From assembly GCA_030265395.1 (NCBI GenBank), contig JARFYF010000053.1, positions 16,200,636-16,264,635 of the forward strand: a stretch of 64,000 nucleotides of DNA. Reading direction: 5' to 3'. Both the position numbers and the translations under genes were made by a program. The notes below the pieces were generated by a model that was not told where the DNA came from, searched no databases, and was given only the letters and a program-made list of their open reading frames with translations. The DNA is from Rhina ancylostomus (taxonomy: Eukaryota). Positions within the stretch are counted from its first letter, which is position 1. Each line of letters opens with the position of its first letter. Below are positions 38,551-51,202 of this stretch, piece after piece.

Positions 38551-39289
38551 ATTCCCAGGTGATCGTCACAGCTGTAAATACATTTTCAAAATATAACAAA
38601 TGCTACAGGCTTTTTTGGATCATTTCCCACATCCTCCTGTGACTCATGATGTATGACTTAATTTATTCAGGGATTCAGCAAACTTGTGTCAGTGAGATGA
38701 AAGCATCTGCCATCTGATCCTACCCCAGGTGTTCCTCATAGCTCCAGGTTCAGGAATGGACTGCACAAAGGGTGGTAATCCTCAGAGGTCTAAATATAAC
38801 CCCTGAAACTGCTGCCACCCCCACCGTGACCAGCGGCAGATCTGTACCTACCAGTACCATGTCATTCAATGATACACTTGTACCACAGTTGTGCATAGCG
38901 TTACCTCCACCCTAATAACAGACGGTGGCAGACCTGTGCCTATGATCAGCCACAGACCCGCAACCAGCAGCATTTTTGCTAGCATCAGACAGTAACAGAT
39001 CTGTACCCAACAGATCTTACTTTATTAAAGACAAAATTACAAAATGAAGATCATGTTCCTCAATTGTGTATCCAGATGGTACTGACTTGTACTGTAACAA
39101 TGATAGAACTTCAGTCAGTAATACATACTGTAGCTCAGTGTATTCAACGATAGAACTGTTTACTTTAGTACTGTGCCCGAGTGATATAACATTATACCCA
39201 CTAATATTGTTCCTTAAGCTTATACATGGAGATGAGGAGCCAAATGCTCTCTTTCTGAACTGTAAATTTCGATGACTTTATGAGTGACA

Positions 39290-39735
39290 AGGATCAGAGG
39301 GCAGGTGCTGTAAGGAGAGGTTGGACAAACTTGGGTTGTTTTCTCTGAAGCAGCAGAGGCTGAGGGGAGACCTGACAGAAGTTTATAAAATTATGAGAGG
39401 GAAAGAGTACACAGCCGGTGTNNNNNNNNNNATGTCTAATACTAGAAGGCATGCATTTGAGGTGAGAGAGGGAACGTTCAAGGGAGATATGCGGGGCAAG
39501 TTGTTTTACACGGACCGTGGTGGGTGCCTGGAATGCATTGCCAGGGTGACGATGGAGGCAGATATGACAGAGGCTTTTAAGAGGCTCTTGGATAGGCACA
39601 TAAATATGCAGGGAATGGAGGGATATGGGCCTTGAACAGGCACAAAGAATTAGGTGTCATTAGCTCCATTAGTTTGACACAACAGCATGAGCTGAAGGGC
39701 TTGTTCCTCTGCTGTACTGTTCGATGTTCTACATT
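39290..39735 (+). mobile_element. CR1 LINE 3' end
   Basis: LDKLGLFSLKQQRLRGDLTEVYKIMRG..SNTRRHAFEV. Confidence 0.88.
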
Positions 39736-40139
39736 CTAAATCTGCAACCACCAGGACTGTATCCTTGTGTTATAAAGTTGCAAACCTAGACCTACTAGTT
39801 CTATATTGCACTGCTGTACAGTGACAGACATCCACCGGTAATGGCTGTTATGTATTTCAAGTTGCTCCCTCAGGACCACACACAATTTGTTCAATATCCT
39901 GGAAGTCATAATCCAGTGGCACTGTGGACCCGGCTTCATCTCATGGACTGTAGTAGCTCACTGTTATCAAGAAGGACCAATGAATATGGAATGGACAGAA
40001 ATGTCCAGATCCCAGGAATGAATTTTGGAACAGTTAAAATCCAAAGCACTAGCAAATATGCAAACTTCATGCATGACATACTTTTGCTGACATCTCAAGT
40101 CAGATGCTAGGATGACCAGCGATTTAGCTATCCCAATGG

Positions 40140-40326
40140 AGAATCAAGAGACTGCAGATGCTGAAATCTGGAGCAAATAATAAACTGCTGGAAGAACTCA
40201 ATGGGTCAAGCAGTATCTGTGGAGGCAAAAGGGATGTGTTGACATTTTAGGTTGAGGGCTTGCATCAGGGCGAGTCCACAGATGCGGCTTGAACTGCCGA
40301 ATTCTTCCAGCAGTTTAATTTTTGCA
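40140..40326. mobile_element. Palindromic Penelope-type short element
   Basis: Inverted arms AAACTGCTGGAAGAACTC..ATCTGTGG and CCACAGAT..GAATTCTTCCAGCAGTTT. Confidence 0.7.
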
Positions 40327-40339
40327 TTTAGCCGTACGA

Positions 40340-41190
40340 GTTTAGAAATGATAGCAAGCTGATAGACAGGTACAAAAAATTAAAGAATGGGATGGAACGC
40401 TCACCTTTATCTCAAGGGAGGCCTGAATACAGAGATGGAATGCTATGGTAATATAAATACATCAAGTCAAGTTTAGATTCTATTGAGAGAACCTTCATAA
40501 AACTTGGACACAGCACCTCAGAGTAGATACAGTAACATTTGTTTGGGGGTGTGTGGTGAGGGATGGTTACAAAGTAGTTTCATCAAAATGGGTCCTGAAT
40601 ATGTAATAAGGCAGTTTGCGCATGAGAAGATTGTGTGCCCATATGCCTTCAAGTTTAGAAGATTGAGCCATGATCTAATTGGGGTGGTTCAAGTAATTAA
40701 AGGATTTGATAAAGATGAAGGGAAGACATTTCTTCAGGTGGGTGACTCCAACAGAGATATGGCACTAAAATTAGAGCTGGTCTGATAAGAAAAGATGTCA
40801 TGATGTCAGGAAACAATCCTTCAATCAACAGAAACTCTGTCCTACCCCTTCCTCAGACTGCTATATTCTAACAATCCTTCCTATTCCCTCTCAGTCCGAG
40901 GCTTGACCCAAAGTATTAACATACATCTTTTGCCTCCACAGATGCTGCTCGAGTTCTTCCAGCATTCCATTTTTTTACTCCAGATTCCAGCACATGCGAA
41001 TTCTTTTGTCTTCAATCAACAGACTTTGGAAATCTGGAACTTCTTCCTATCTCAATCAACTGGAAATGTAAAATCTGAGACTGACAGAGTCTTGTCAGAC
41101 AAGGGTGGCAAATGGATTTAAGATGTAGAGCAATTATAATCTGAACAAATTCAAGTAGCTGGATGTCTCACTCTTTCTGCTGTGTTCCTG
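40340..41190 (+). mobile_element. Old CR1 fragment interrupted by a Penelope-type piece (~40840-41010)
   Basis: FKFRRLSHDLIGVVQVIKGFDK. Confidence 0.6.
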
Positions 41191-43109
41191 TGGAGGAGGG
41201 TAGATCAGTAAGGATCAGTAAAGATCAGGGATACTATGCAAGGTAGTGTTCAGGTAAAGATCCTTGGGAATCCCCAGGTCCACCAGAGGAGCTAATTTCT
41301 CATGCCAAGTGATGGGTGGAGGACCAAATTTTACTCTGGATGCTCACTGGTGTTATAATAGTCCTAGGTCATTAGGCAGTTGTGGTGGGCCCATCAACCT
41401 TAACTTTAGGGCCAAGGGAGGAGGGAGATAGGGCAAATGGCCATCCCACCCACCCCTGCTGGCTTCTCTGGTACCAAGGCTATATGAAATTGAGGGGATG
41501 ACTATGAATATGAGTAGAAAGAGAGGTGCTGAATGACATTCTCTTGACTCTACACTCTAAATAGATAATATGCTCAACACCAAGTTAGCACCTAAGAAAA
41601 TGCCACTAGATTAGTCAGTTTATGAAGATCAGTCATGCAGCTTGGTATTTGTCAGTGATGGATTAATAATCATGCTTCAGTGTCTGAGTTTAGCAATACA
41701 CTTACCTGCAGTCCCTGGATGTATGAATGTTACTTGTGCTCAATAGGTTACATTGGATCAGACTGGGCAGATGTAGGATAAAACCCTGAAAACATATCAG
41801 AGAAAACAAAATGGGTCTGAAGGACAGACTTGTCCTCTCTCTCTGTAGGGACTAGACGGAGGTCCTCACTGATTTATTTTATGACCTTGTAATTTTTATT
41901 TTATTCTGAGCAGTTTGCAAATCTGCATCCAAGCTTGAGCTAGGAAGTTTCTTAGGCAACAGTATCTCCTGCATTAACACCTAGCAGTAAGCAACTGTGT
42001 AATATCTATATAGGTAAGAACTGAAGAAAGGGAAGTAAACAATCTAACAGAAAGTGAAAGAGGCTGCAATAATCACTCTGTATGTAGAGGGGACCCTTGT
42101 AATTTTCCAGATGGTGAAAGGGAGCTGTGTTATTTCCCATAAAATGTAGGAGCTGGGGTGGGGTACTGGGTAATTTCTCTGTGTGTAGAGAGGGCTGGGT
42201 AAATTTCCAAAAGGTAGAGCAAGGTTGTGGAGGATGTGTAATCGCCCATCTGATGGTGGGGTGGGGAGAGGAGTTGTGCAATTTCCCAGTAATTGAGGGA
42301 GTCTGAATAATTTCCCAATTGTGGGAGGGGCGAGGAGCATGCAATTTGCCAGTACATGAGGGGGTCCATAATATCCTCACAGCGGGTGGGTCCCTGTGGC
42401 TTCCTTGTAGATAAGGGGAATGTTATTTCCCTGAAATGTTCACGTTCCTAGTCAGTTCAGAAGTAGAAATGGCTCTAACTAAATCTTATCACCAATACAT
42501 GCCAATAACCTTCAGTCTTTAGTTATCCTTGAGCACTGGTCCTTTGTCCTACACTTATTCTCCTTTATCATTTTGTGAATTCATTGCCCCTCCCCCTCCA
42601 ATGCCTCTCCTCAAGATATTGTCTTCTTGCTGGTTTAAATTTCATTAAAATAACGATCAATTCTTCAGTCATGGATTTTTAACAACCATATTGCTGAGTG
42701 TTTCATTCTTTAATGGACTCAACTATCCCCTACCTAAATTTGAAGGATTGGTTGAATTTTTTTGTAGGACAACTGTCTTCAGTGTGTATCTGATCCTATC
42801 ATTGATATGTTTTACAGAGAACTAAGGACATTTGTGAATGACTGGAATGTGAGATGTTCCATCAACCTAGTCAAAACCCATCTAGGTCAGAATTCCAACT
42901 GTACTATTGTGCTGAAGTCCAATCACATAACATTAAGTGTTTATGATGCTAGACTGATAACAATCATCAATGTCTTACGGCATTCAAAGAAAATATTTCA
43001 TGTTAAATACATAAAACAGAAGACCTTGTACTCAACTGCAGGCATTTCATCAATGTTTGTTTGGAATATAAAGAGCACTGAAAACAGCCAGAAAAGTTTG
43101 CTGACAGGG

Positions 43110-43290
43110 CCAGCTCAGCCTTCATCTGGTGATCTCATCCAGCTCTCATCTGGTGGCCTCATCCATTCTTCAACTGGTGATCTCGCCCAACCTTCATTTA
43201 ATTACCTCACCCAGCTCTCATCTGAGAACCTCACCCAGTCGGCATCTGATGACCTCACCAAGTTCTCGTCTGATCGCCTCATCCATCCTG
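43110..43290. repeat. 24-bp minisatellite, about 7 copies
   Basis: CTCATCCAGCTCTCATCTGGTGAT variants. Confidence 0.85.
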
Positions 43291-44099
43291 GATCATTGAC
43301 TTGGTTCAGAAGCAGAAATATCAGCCAAAAGTAGGGGGAGTGATAGTGGGGCACGTGACAAAGATTAGNNNNNNNNNNNNNNNNNNNNNNNNNNNNNNNN
43401 NNNNNNNNNNNNNNNNNNNNNNNNNNNNNNNNNNNNNNNNNNNNNNNNNNNNNNNNNNNNNNNNNNNNNNNNNNNNNNNNNNNNNNNNNNNNNNNNNNNN
43501 NNNNNNNNNNNNNNNNNNNNNNNNNNNNNNNNNNNNNNNNNNNNNNNNNNNNNNNNNNNNNNNNNNNNNNNNNNNNNNNNNNNNNNNNNNNNNNNNNNNN
43601 NNNNNNNNNNNNNNNNNNNNATTTAGCAATAACAAGTATGTGCAGAAATGTTATCTTTATATGGAAAAGTATTTACATATCTCTTCTTCAATATGGAAAT
43701 AAAGAACTATTCAGGGGTTTGATGTTTTATGAATTGTGTGCTGTTAGAAACATTTTCCATTATGGGCATTTGACATTGATAAACATCCATTTTCATAACA
43801 TGTTCACTGATATCAACATTTATTGCTCTATTTGCCTTGAGAATGTAGCATGGGTCTCTTTGAATTGCAGCAGTCAATGAATATTTTCCAACATCACTTT
43901 GGAGAGCAATTAAGAGTCATTGTTGTGGGATAGGAGTCACATATGGGCTCAGATATGTTAAGAACAGTTGGTTTATTTCTCTAAAGAATATTAATGAACC
44001 AACATTCCCATTGCTTAATAATCATTTTTTTTGAGAGGGTTAACCATATAAAAAGGGTAGTTCATCTCAGAGGAAGTATAAGTCAGGCAGCATGTGTGT

Positions 44100-44560
44100 A
44101 AGAGTGGGCTGGGGCAGGGTAGTGGCAGTGTGGATTGGGGATGAGGTAACAGGAAGAGACGGCAAGGCTAGAGGAGTGAAAATTGGGGGAAGAGGGAAGA
44201 AACAAGAATTGAGGAAGGGAGAAAGTGATCTAAATAAGGAGATCATGAGTGTGTGTGAGAGAGGGAGAGGGGGAAAGAGAGAGAGAGAGAGCGATCAGAT
44301 TTTGAAGTGGGGATAGTACAGAACAGGATATGGGAGGGCAGATAACAAAGAGGGGAAGGTTGGGAAAAAGGAATTGAAAGAGTATGAAGAGAAGGAAGGC
44401 AGAAGGAATGGGAGTAGAAAGAGGGAAGAATGGTAAGGGATGAAGCAATTGGAAGAAGAAGGGAGAGACCAGAATTGGGAGATCAGATGTAGAACGGGGA
44501 GATGAGGAGATAGGAATTGGAAGTGGGAGATCTGGATGAGACCAGGGGTGGGAGGTGAAC
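44100..44560. repeat. Purine-rich low-complexity tract
   Basis: GA-rich. Confidence 0.75.
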
Positions 44561-44845
44561 ATCCAGTGAATTTATGGCTCATGTGATAATGCAGAGTTTG
44601 GAGGAGCCAAATTCATTCCTTCTGCTTCTATATTCAGATAAGCAAAAAAGTATATACATTTTCCACTTTGTTAGCAGCCCTCAGCAGCCCTCTAACAGCT
44701 GTTCTTTAGTTGCTGTCCAGCTGAACAGACAATCCACAATTAGTAAGGAAAGCACCATCCAATTTTGGGAATACACCTTTATTATGCATGGCAATGGGCT
44801 CAATACCCTAGTTTCTTTGTAACAAAGACAACAACCTTTCCCTCA

Positions 44846-45660
44846 ATGTCAGCCAACGAAAGAGCTGGTCATTGGCTTCAGGAAAGGCTGTGGTACAAAT
44901 GCTCCTGCTTACATCAATGACTCTTAGGTCGAGAGGGTTGAGAGCTTCAAGTTCCTAGGAGTGACCATCACCAATACTCTGTCCTGGTCCAAACACATAG
45001 ATGCCATGGCCAAGAACGCTCACCAGACAACTCTATTTCCTCAGGAGGCTGAAGAAATTTGGCATGTCCCCTTTGACCCTCACTAATTTTTATCGATGCA
45101 CCATAGAAAGCATTCTATCTGGATGCATCACAGCTTGGTATGACAACTGCTCTGCCTGTGACCACAAGAAACTGCAGAGAGTTGTGGACACAGCTCAGCA
45201 GATCACAGAAGCCAGCCTCCCCTGAATAGATGCTATCTACACTTCTCGCTGCCTCATTAAGGCAACCAGCATAATCAAAGACCCCATCCATCCCAGATAT
45301 TCTCTCTTCTCCTCCCTCCCATTGGGCCGAAGATACAAAAACCTGAAAGCACATACCACCAAGCTCAAGGACAGCTTCTATCCCACTGTTATAAGATTAT
45401 TGAATGATTCCCTAGTATGATAAGATGGACTCTTGACCTCATGATCTACCTCATTATGACCTTGCCCTTTATTGTCTACCTGCACTGCACTTCTCCTGTA
45501 ACTGTTACACTTCATTCTGCATTCTTTTATTGTTTTACCTTGTACTACCTCAATGCACTGCTTTAATGAATTCATCTGTATGAACAATATGCAAGACAAG
45601 TTTTTCCACTGTACCTCAGTGGAAATTGGTTTATTATGTGACAATAATAAACCAATTTAT
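44846..45660 (+). mobile_element. Rex1/Babar-type non-LTR retrotransposon, 5'-truncated
   Basis: RQLYFLRRLKKFGMSP..LTNFYRCTIESILSGCITAWY..KKLQRVV.TAQ.I; (AATTT)n tail. Confidence 0.88.
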
Positions 45661-48600
45661 TAATTTAATTTAATTTATTAATTCTTAGGTCTCAGCTGGA
45701 TGATCACGCACAGCTCTCGGCAAACTATTATCAGAAGGATATTGTAATGAGGGAAAGTGAAGACTTACTCAGATTAGATCATGATTGAGAAATTTTAAGG
45801 TGTAAAAATTGAGGCCTATTTAATCTGGAACAGAGGAAGTTAACAAGAGATTGAATGAAGATCTTCAATATGAGGCAGCATTTCTAACTGGCTGATGAAT
45901 AGTTAACAAAGGCACAGATTGAGGATTAGCAAAGGTGAGAATTTTTTTCCTCCATGTGAGCCATTGTTAAGAATTCATTACTTCCAGTGGCCACTGAAGC
46001 AGAGAACATGACATCAGTTTACAGGGGAATGGATAAGTAAAGAAAAAATATGAGGAAGGACATTATGTAGATAACATCACTGGAAGGTACCATCAAAGAT
46101 GAAGGCATGGCATGCAGTCTTCCTCAATGCTATAATTAAATAATTCAACTTGGGAATAAACAGAATTAATAGAGGACATCAGCACAAAATGACAAAATGG
46201 TAATTTTGATAAATATCTATTTGTGCACGAATTGTATGCAGGGAATTTCTGGAAGTTTGGGGAACATTCAGATACTCAACAATGAAGAAATTTCAATTAC
46301 AGGTTGCTATCTGCATTAAAGCACATGATGAGACACTGACCTACTTTAGGGAGAGTGATGCCAGCTGCACCAGAAACCCAGAGAGGAACAGCAAAGTGGT
46401 GAACAACTCCAGATACAATCATCTCTTATTTCAAACCTCCTCCTCCTTCCACACCAACACTAACTCTTTCCCTCCCAGGGCCTTTAAACCAACCTCCTTC
46501 CTTTCCTCTGTCTTTTTCACAAAGTCACATGAAGGGTAATGTCATTCAGCCCAGTTTACTCAATCATCCTCTGTACTAGTCTGCAGTTCTTCCATCACAA
46601 CAATGCTTCACCTCTCCCTCCTCTATCCAGGTGCATCTTGAAGTGGTCGCTCTAGATTAATATTTCCAAAATACTTCCTTCGCTCATTTCAACCAGCATA
46701 TCACACTGTGAAATATATTTACCCATTCTATACAGTTTAAAATTAGGCTATTATTAGATCCTGCCTTGCTCAGGTCCTCCTAAAATAGGTCGCTGAGAAA
46801 TTCCAATACACCATACCATCACCCACTTGTCTGCTGCAGGAACTGTGTCAGGATCAGAAAGAAGACTCAGTAATGGAAATGCCTAATTAAGCCCCTCTTG
46901 ATTTGACCCTGAAATGACTTACTCTGGGTCAAATTAACTATCATTCAAATGATGCTGTGTGACCGAATTTCAATGTATAAAACTGTACTCTGCCATTACC
47001 ACAGCTGGCTTTTCTTCTCCCAATGTGGAGTGACTGTCCCAAGTTTCGTAGTTTTGTACTCTTGGATTTTTAAATGCAACATGCTGAAACTAACTGAAGG
47101 GAGGGGGTGTGTTGGCCACTCTGAAGCAGCCCTTTTTCAGATATATTACTGTCCAGGATGAGTTCACAGCATTCCTGGTAGTATAGGATCTTTCCTTGTT
47201 CATGGAAATCATTCGAACCTCAACAGATTAATTTGGTATCCATCCTATTGCTTTTTGTGAAGCCTGCTATAAATTAACATAAAACAGTACAGCACAAAAA
47301 CAACAATTCCCAAACTAATCTTGCCGATCATTTAAGAGTGGACCAATGATATGATTTTGGAAATCTTTCTCCAGGATACAGGAATTCCCATCTTGATACA
47401 GGATTCCCAGATTAATCCCACAGTTTTACTCTTTCCTTAATACCCTTTATCAATCCAAAACTAATCCCACTCACCCATTTCCCACACTCCCACCTTCTCT
47501 CCATATTCTTGCATCAATCCCTCCATAATTTTACTGATCAACATCCCCTATCATCTTCCATGGGATAATGGTGACATAGTTGTTAAATTAATAGACTAGC
47601 AATCTATGGGTCTGAATATATTACCCAGAGACACAAATTCAAATCCAATCACTGCAGCTGATGAATTTAAATTTAATTCATTAAATTCAAAACTTTAACA
47701 GTTAATTCTCAGTACTAGATTGGTGTCACAGAAGAAAATCTGTTGTTCTTGTTTGGTCTGTCTTATTATATGGATTCATTATGGCTCAATATTGATGCCA
47801 AACTAATCCCACAATTCAGAGGTCTCCATATCGCCCTTTCTGAGTCCTAGTACCCCAACCATCCACGTTGTTCATATAAACCCCAGCCCAGTCCAATTTA
47901 CCATTCTCTCCTCCATCCATATTTCAATACCTATGTCCCCCACTCTCCATAGAGCTCTGTTTTAATCCTAATATGATCCCATACTCCACACTGTCTCTAA
48001 TCCATCTATTGTAAACTAACCCCTTTCACAAGGAGCCAGTAATAACAATGTTAAAAGATCTGTGAAATCTATAGGTGGGCAGGGGAAAGGAAGGGAGGAC
48101 TGTAATCAATAACTTGTGGTGCTGTTACATGTCACTGCAAGTATGTGAAGAAGCGCTGCTAATCTTCTTCCTCACAGCGGTAGGTCAGTAGCATCTCAGA
48201 TTGCCATGTGACTAAATCAACACAAAATAATTCAGCTCCCTCACTCTTGTCCCCAAAGCCCCTTTATTAATCCCAAGCTGATCCCAGTGCTCACTGCTCC
48301 ATTCTCTCCAACCCCACTCCATTGCTTGAACCTTAAGAAACACATTGCTTTGCCCCAACTACAACATTCAAGTTATCTCCCCTTTCACTTTTGCCTCTTT
48401 GCTTCCTCAGTCTACTATCCACTGAGTATTTATGACCATGGAAGCAAAAAGACAAAAGCTGTCATTTTCTTCCAGGGATGAGAGAATCAGACAGAATGAG
48501 AGCTTGAGAAAAGGAATTAATTTCAGTAATTCCTGTCTCTTTGCACAGATCTAGTGCTTACCAGCTAATCCAATCATTAAATCGCAGGACATCAACTTGA

Positions 48601-50017
48601 TCAGGATAAACAGGTTTTTAGCAAATACAAAGCAAGAAACAAAGCAAAAGGAGTTTAACAGAAATCCACATGACATTTAATTCAGCAATGAGACTCTGCC
48701 ATATAGACCTGGTACTGTAGAACAACTGGCTTCATCCATCATTTTAAAAAAAATTCCTCAACCACACTCCATCCGGATTATGGTTGTATGTTGTTGCCCT
48801 TTTCCTGTTCTCCTGTTAATNNNNNNNNNNNNNNNNNNNNNNNNNNNNNNNNNNNNNNNNNNNNNNNNNNNNNNNNNNNNNNNNNNNNNNNNNNNNNNNN
48901 NNNNNNNNNNNNNNNNNNNNAATGCAATCTATTATTCGTTGAGCTTGCTATCAGCTGCTGTCTTGAAACTGTTATTCTGGTTGGTCATAATGAGCCTCAT
49001 AACAAACCCGCTCATCCAAGAATGTTACTTCATTCAGCATGAGCTCAGTATTTTCACCAGTATTGCATATTAATTTGGTAGATAACTAATAAATGGCAAT
49101 TAAGGAAGTTAAGGAGTTAATAATTGAAAATCATTCACAGTCTACATATTGACTTACCAGTTTACTGGCAAACACAAAAATAGGCTTAAGCTCAGGTGAA
49201 CAAGTTCTGCAATGAGACGACACACCAACTTTATCTATTTACTCACTTTTAATCACCAGTCAATTAGTGGTAGTGGTCAATGGTGCGTAGCTGGACGACT
49301 TCTTGTTTCAAATGAGGGAAATAAACAGTCACTGTTTCAGGTTGATTCCAGCATCTGCCGAATCTCTTGTGTCTTTGTTCTTGTTTCAATTTTTCCTTTC
49401 TTGCATATTTTATAAACATTATTGTAATCACTGCTCCTTCAAAATTCCCTTGTTCTTTTCTACAACGGATCCCCCCCCCCAAACTGCAAGTATTTCTCCT
49501 CTCTCATTGTGTTTAAACTGCCAGCACTATTTTCTGCAGAGCTTAACCACTTTATGAAATCCTCCAAACCATGGGTGTCCTCAATTCTCTCAACTAGTCC
49601 TTCCACCTCTTCTCAATTTCTCGACCCAGCTCCCTCAATTTGTCTTTCTATCTCCCTTAATCTCTCCCTTTTGCTTCCTTTCTCACTTCCAACTCTCTTC
49701 CTTCCTTCTCCTCCCCANNNNNNNNNNNNNNNNNNNNNNNNNNNNNNNNNNNNNNNNNNNNNNNNNNNNNNNNNNNNNNNNNNNNNNNNNNNNNNNNNNN
49801 NNNNNNNNNNNNNNNNNTCTCCCTTCATCTCTCCCTTTTGCTTCCTTTCTCACGACCAACTCTCTTCCTTCCTTCTCCTCCCCACCTCTCTCAATCTTTC
49901 TTCCAACCTCCTTCAATCTCTCCTCTTCACCTCACTCAATATCTGCTCCACCAGTCTTTCCTTCTCTAATTTATACACGCACTTCCGATCAGTATCTCTT
50001 TGTACCTCCATCAGTCT

Positions 50018-50138
50018 CACCTTCCACCACCCTCAGTCCCTCCTTCCACCACCCTCAGTCCCTCCTCACACTGCCCTCAGTCCCTCCTCACACTGCCCTC
50101 AGTCCCTCCTCACATCGCCCTCAGTCCCTCCTTGCACC
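50018..50138. repeat. 22-bp minisatellite, about 5 copies, within a pyrimidine tract (49590-50250)
   Basis: CCCTCAGTCCCTCCTCACACTG repeats. Confidence 0.9.
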
Positions 50139-50352
50139 TCCTTCAATCTTGCCTTCCACCTCCTTTATTGCTTCCTCACACCTCCTTCGGTCTCTCCTCA
50201 CCCGTTAGTCTTTTCTCCCCTCACCCCCCACACCCCAACACCCACAGAGTTCCTGAATGCCTCCAGCTTCTCTCTATCACAATGACATGTAAAATTGTGA
50301 TTATTGTTTAAAACCACTCAAGGACGAATGAAATCTGAAACCTATTCCTTAC

Positions 50353-50638
50353 CTCCACCATTTTTCTGACACAGGTAAGGAAAACGCCAGACATTTCCCA
50401 GACCCACCGAGTAGCCAATCTGAGCCAGGATATACTGCAGTTTATTGTTCCAGGCTGGCCGATCATCGATCTCCATTGTGTTCTCTACATCCTTGTCCTT
50501 GGTGGGTGGGACTCCTCCTACATTGAGCACACTGTGCTTGTAGTCAATAGGTTCTTCTCCAGCAAGGAGGTCGGCGACAGACTCTGTGACAGGCTCATTA
50601 CTGTGCTCACGTTGTGTAACCTTACTGTTTTTCGGCAT
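50353..50638 (-). CDS. SLC6A17: SLC6A17 exon 2 coding part (start codon, N-terminus, TM1)
   Basis: [25 protein letters not shown]...[33 protein letters not shown]. In-frame TGA two codons before the ATG; donor GAG|GTAAGG. Probable acceptor TTTTTGTAATTAG| starts the exon at 50758 (120 nt of 5' UTR). Confidence 0.96.
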
Positions 50639-50949
50639 CAGTCACACCTATTCACAAAGCTTCACAGATGATGGAGCAGAGAGGCAGGTGCTGGAGGTTC
50701 TGGAATATTCCAGTCCCCTTGTGCTTATATAGGCAGTAACAGTCTTCCACAGGACAATCTAATTACAAAAATAATTACTGGTTAGACAGATTTCTCCAGG
50801 AACATTAACATTAAACTGTGAACCCCACACTGACCCTGGAGAATTCCAGAGATGGTTTCAGCGAGTCCCCCACCACTGACAGAGGGTCTCTGAGCTCTCA
50901 GTCTGCTCCCAGAGAACAGGGAGAAGAGTGATCCCACCTGCTCCCAAGG

Positions 50950-51202
50950 GGCTGAGGGGTGACCTCATTGTGGTTTACAAAATTATGAGGAGCCTAGGTA
51001 GGGTAGAACATCAGAGTCTTTTTCCAAGGGTGGGGGAGACTAAAATTGGAGGGCATAAGGTTAAGGTGAGAGGGGAGAAATGTTAAAGGTGTTCTAAGGG
51101 ACAACAATCTGTGGTTATATGGAACCAGCTGCCAGAGGAGGTGGTAGAAGCAGATACAATTACAGCATTTAAAAGGCATTTGGACAAGTACTTGGACAGG
51201 AA
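50950..51202 (+). mobile_element. CR1 LINE 3' fragment
   Basis: GGCTGAGGGGTGACCTCAT..GAGGGCATAAGGTTAAGGTGAGAGGGG. Confidence 0.82.

Larger units (their letters stand above)
11341..50638 (-). other. SLC6A17: SLC6A17 gene, coding span (Na+-dependent neutral amino acid transporter NTT4/B0AT3); 11 coding exons, ~726 aa if exons 5 and 9 are restored to the human lengths
   Basis: Exon translations match SLC6A17: N-terminus [16 protein letters not shown]6 signature [19 protein letters not shown]-terminus STPESEL. Exon lengths 286/158/127/[175]/111/242/193/[gap]/160/163/366, with compatible phases except exon 5. Confidence 0.97.

Noticed and set aside
42807-43334. 175-aa ORF with 8-residue repeats (SSGDLIQL)
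   Set aside because: Translation of a 24-bp minisatellite antisense in intron 2; no recognisable homology.
49509-50285. Longest ORF in the track (258 aa, +)
   Set aside because: Pyrimidine low-complexity sequence plus a 22-bp minisatellite and an N gap; no domain or splice support.
11341-50638. Assignment to the paralog SLC6A15, or calling the locus a definite pseudogene
   Set aside because: The N-terminus (VTQREHS..VADLL) and C-terminus (PSPMPTHRSY..STPESEL) fit SLC6A17. One frameshift in a gapped assembly is not enough to call a pseudogene.
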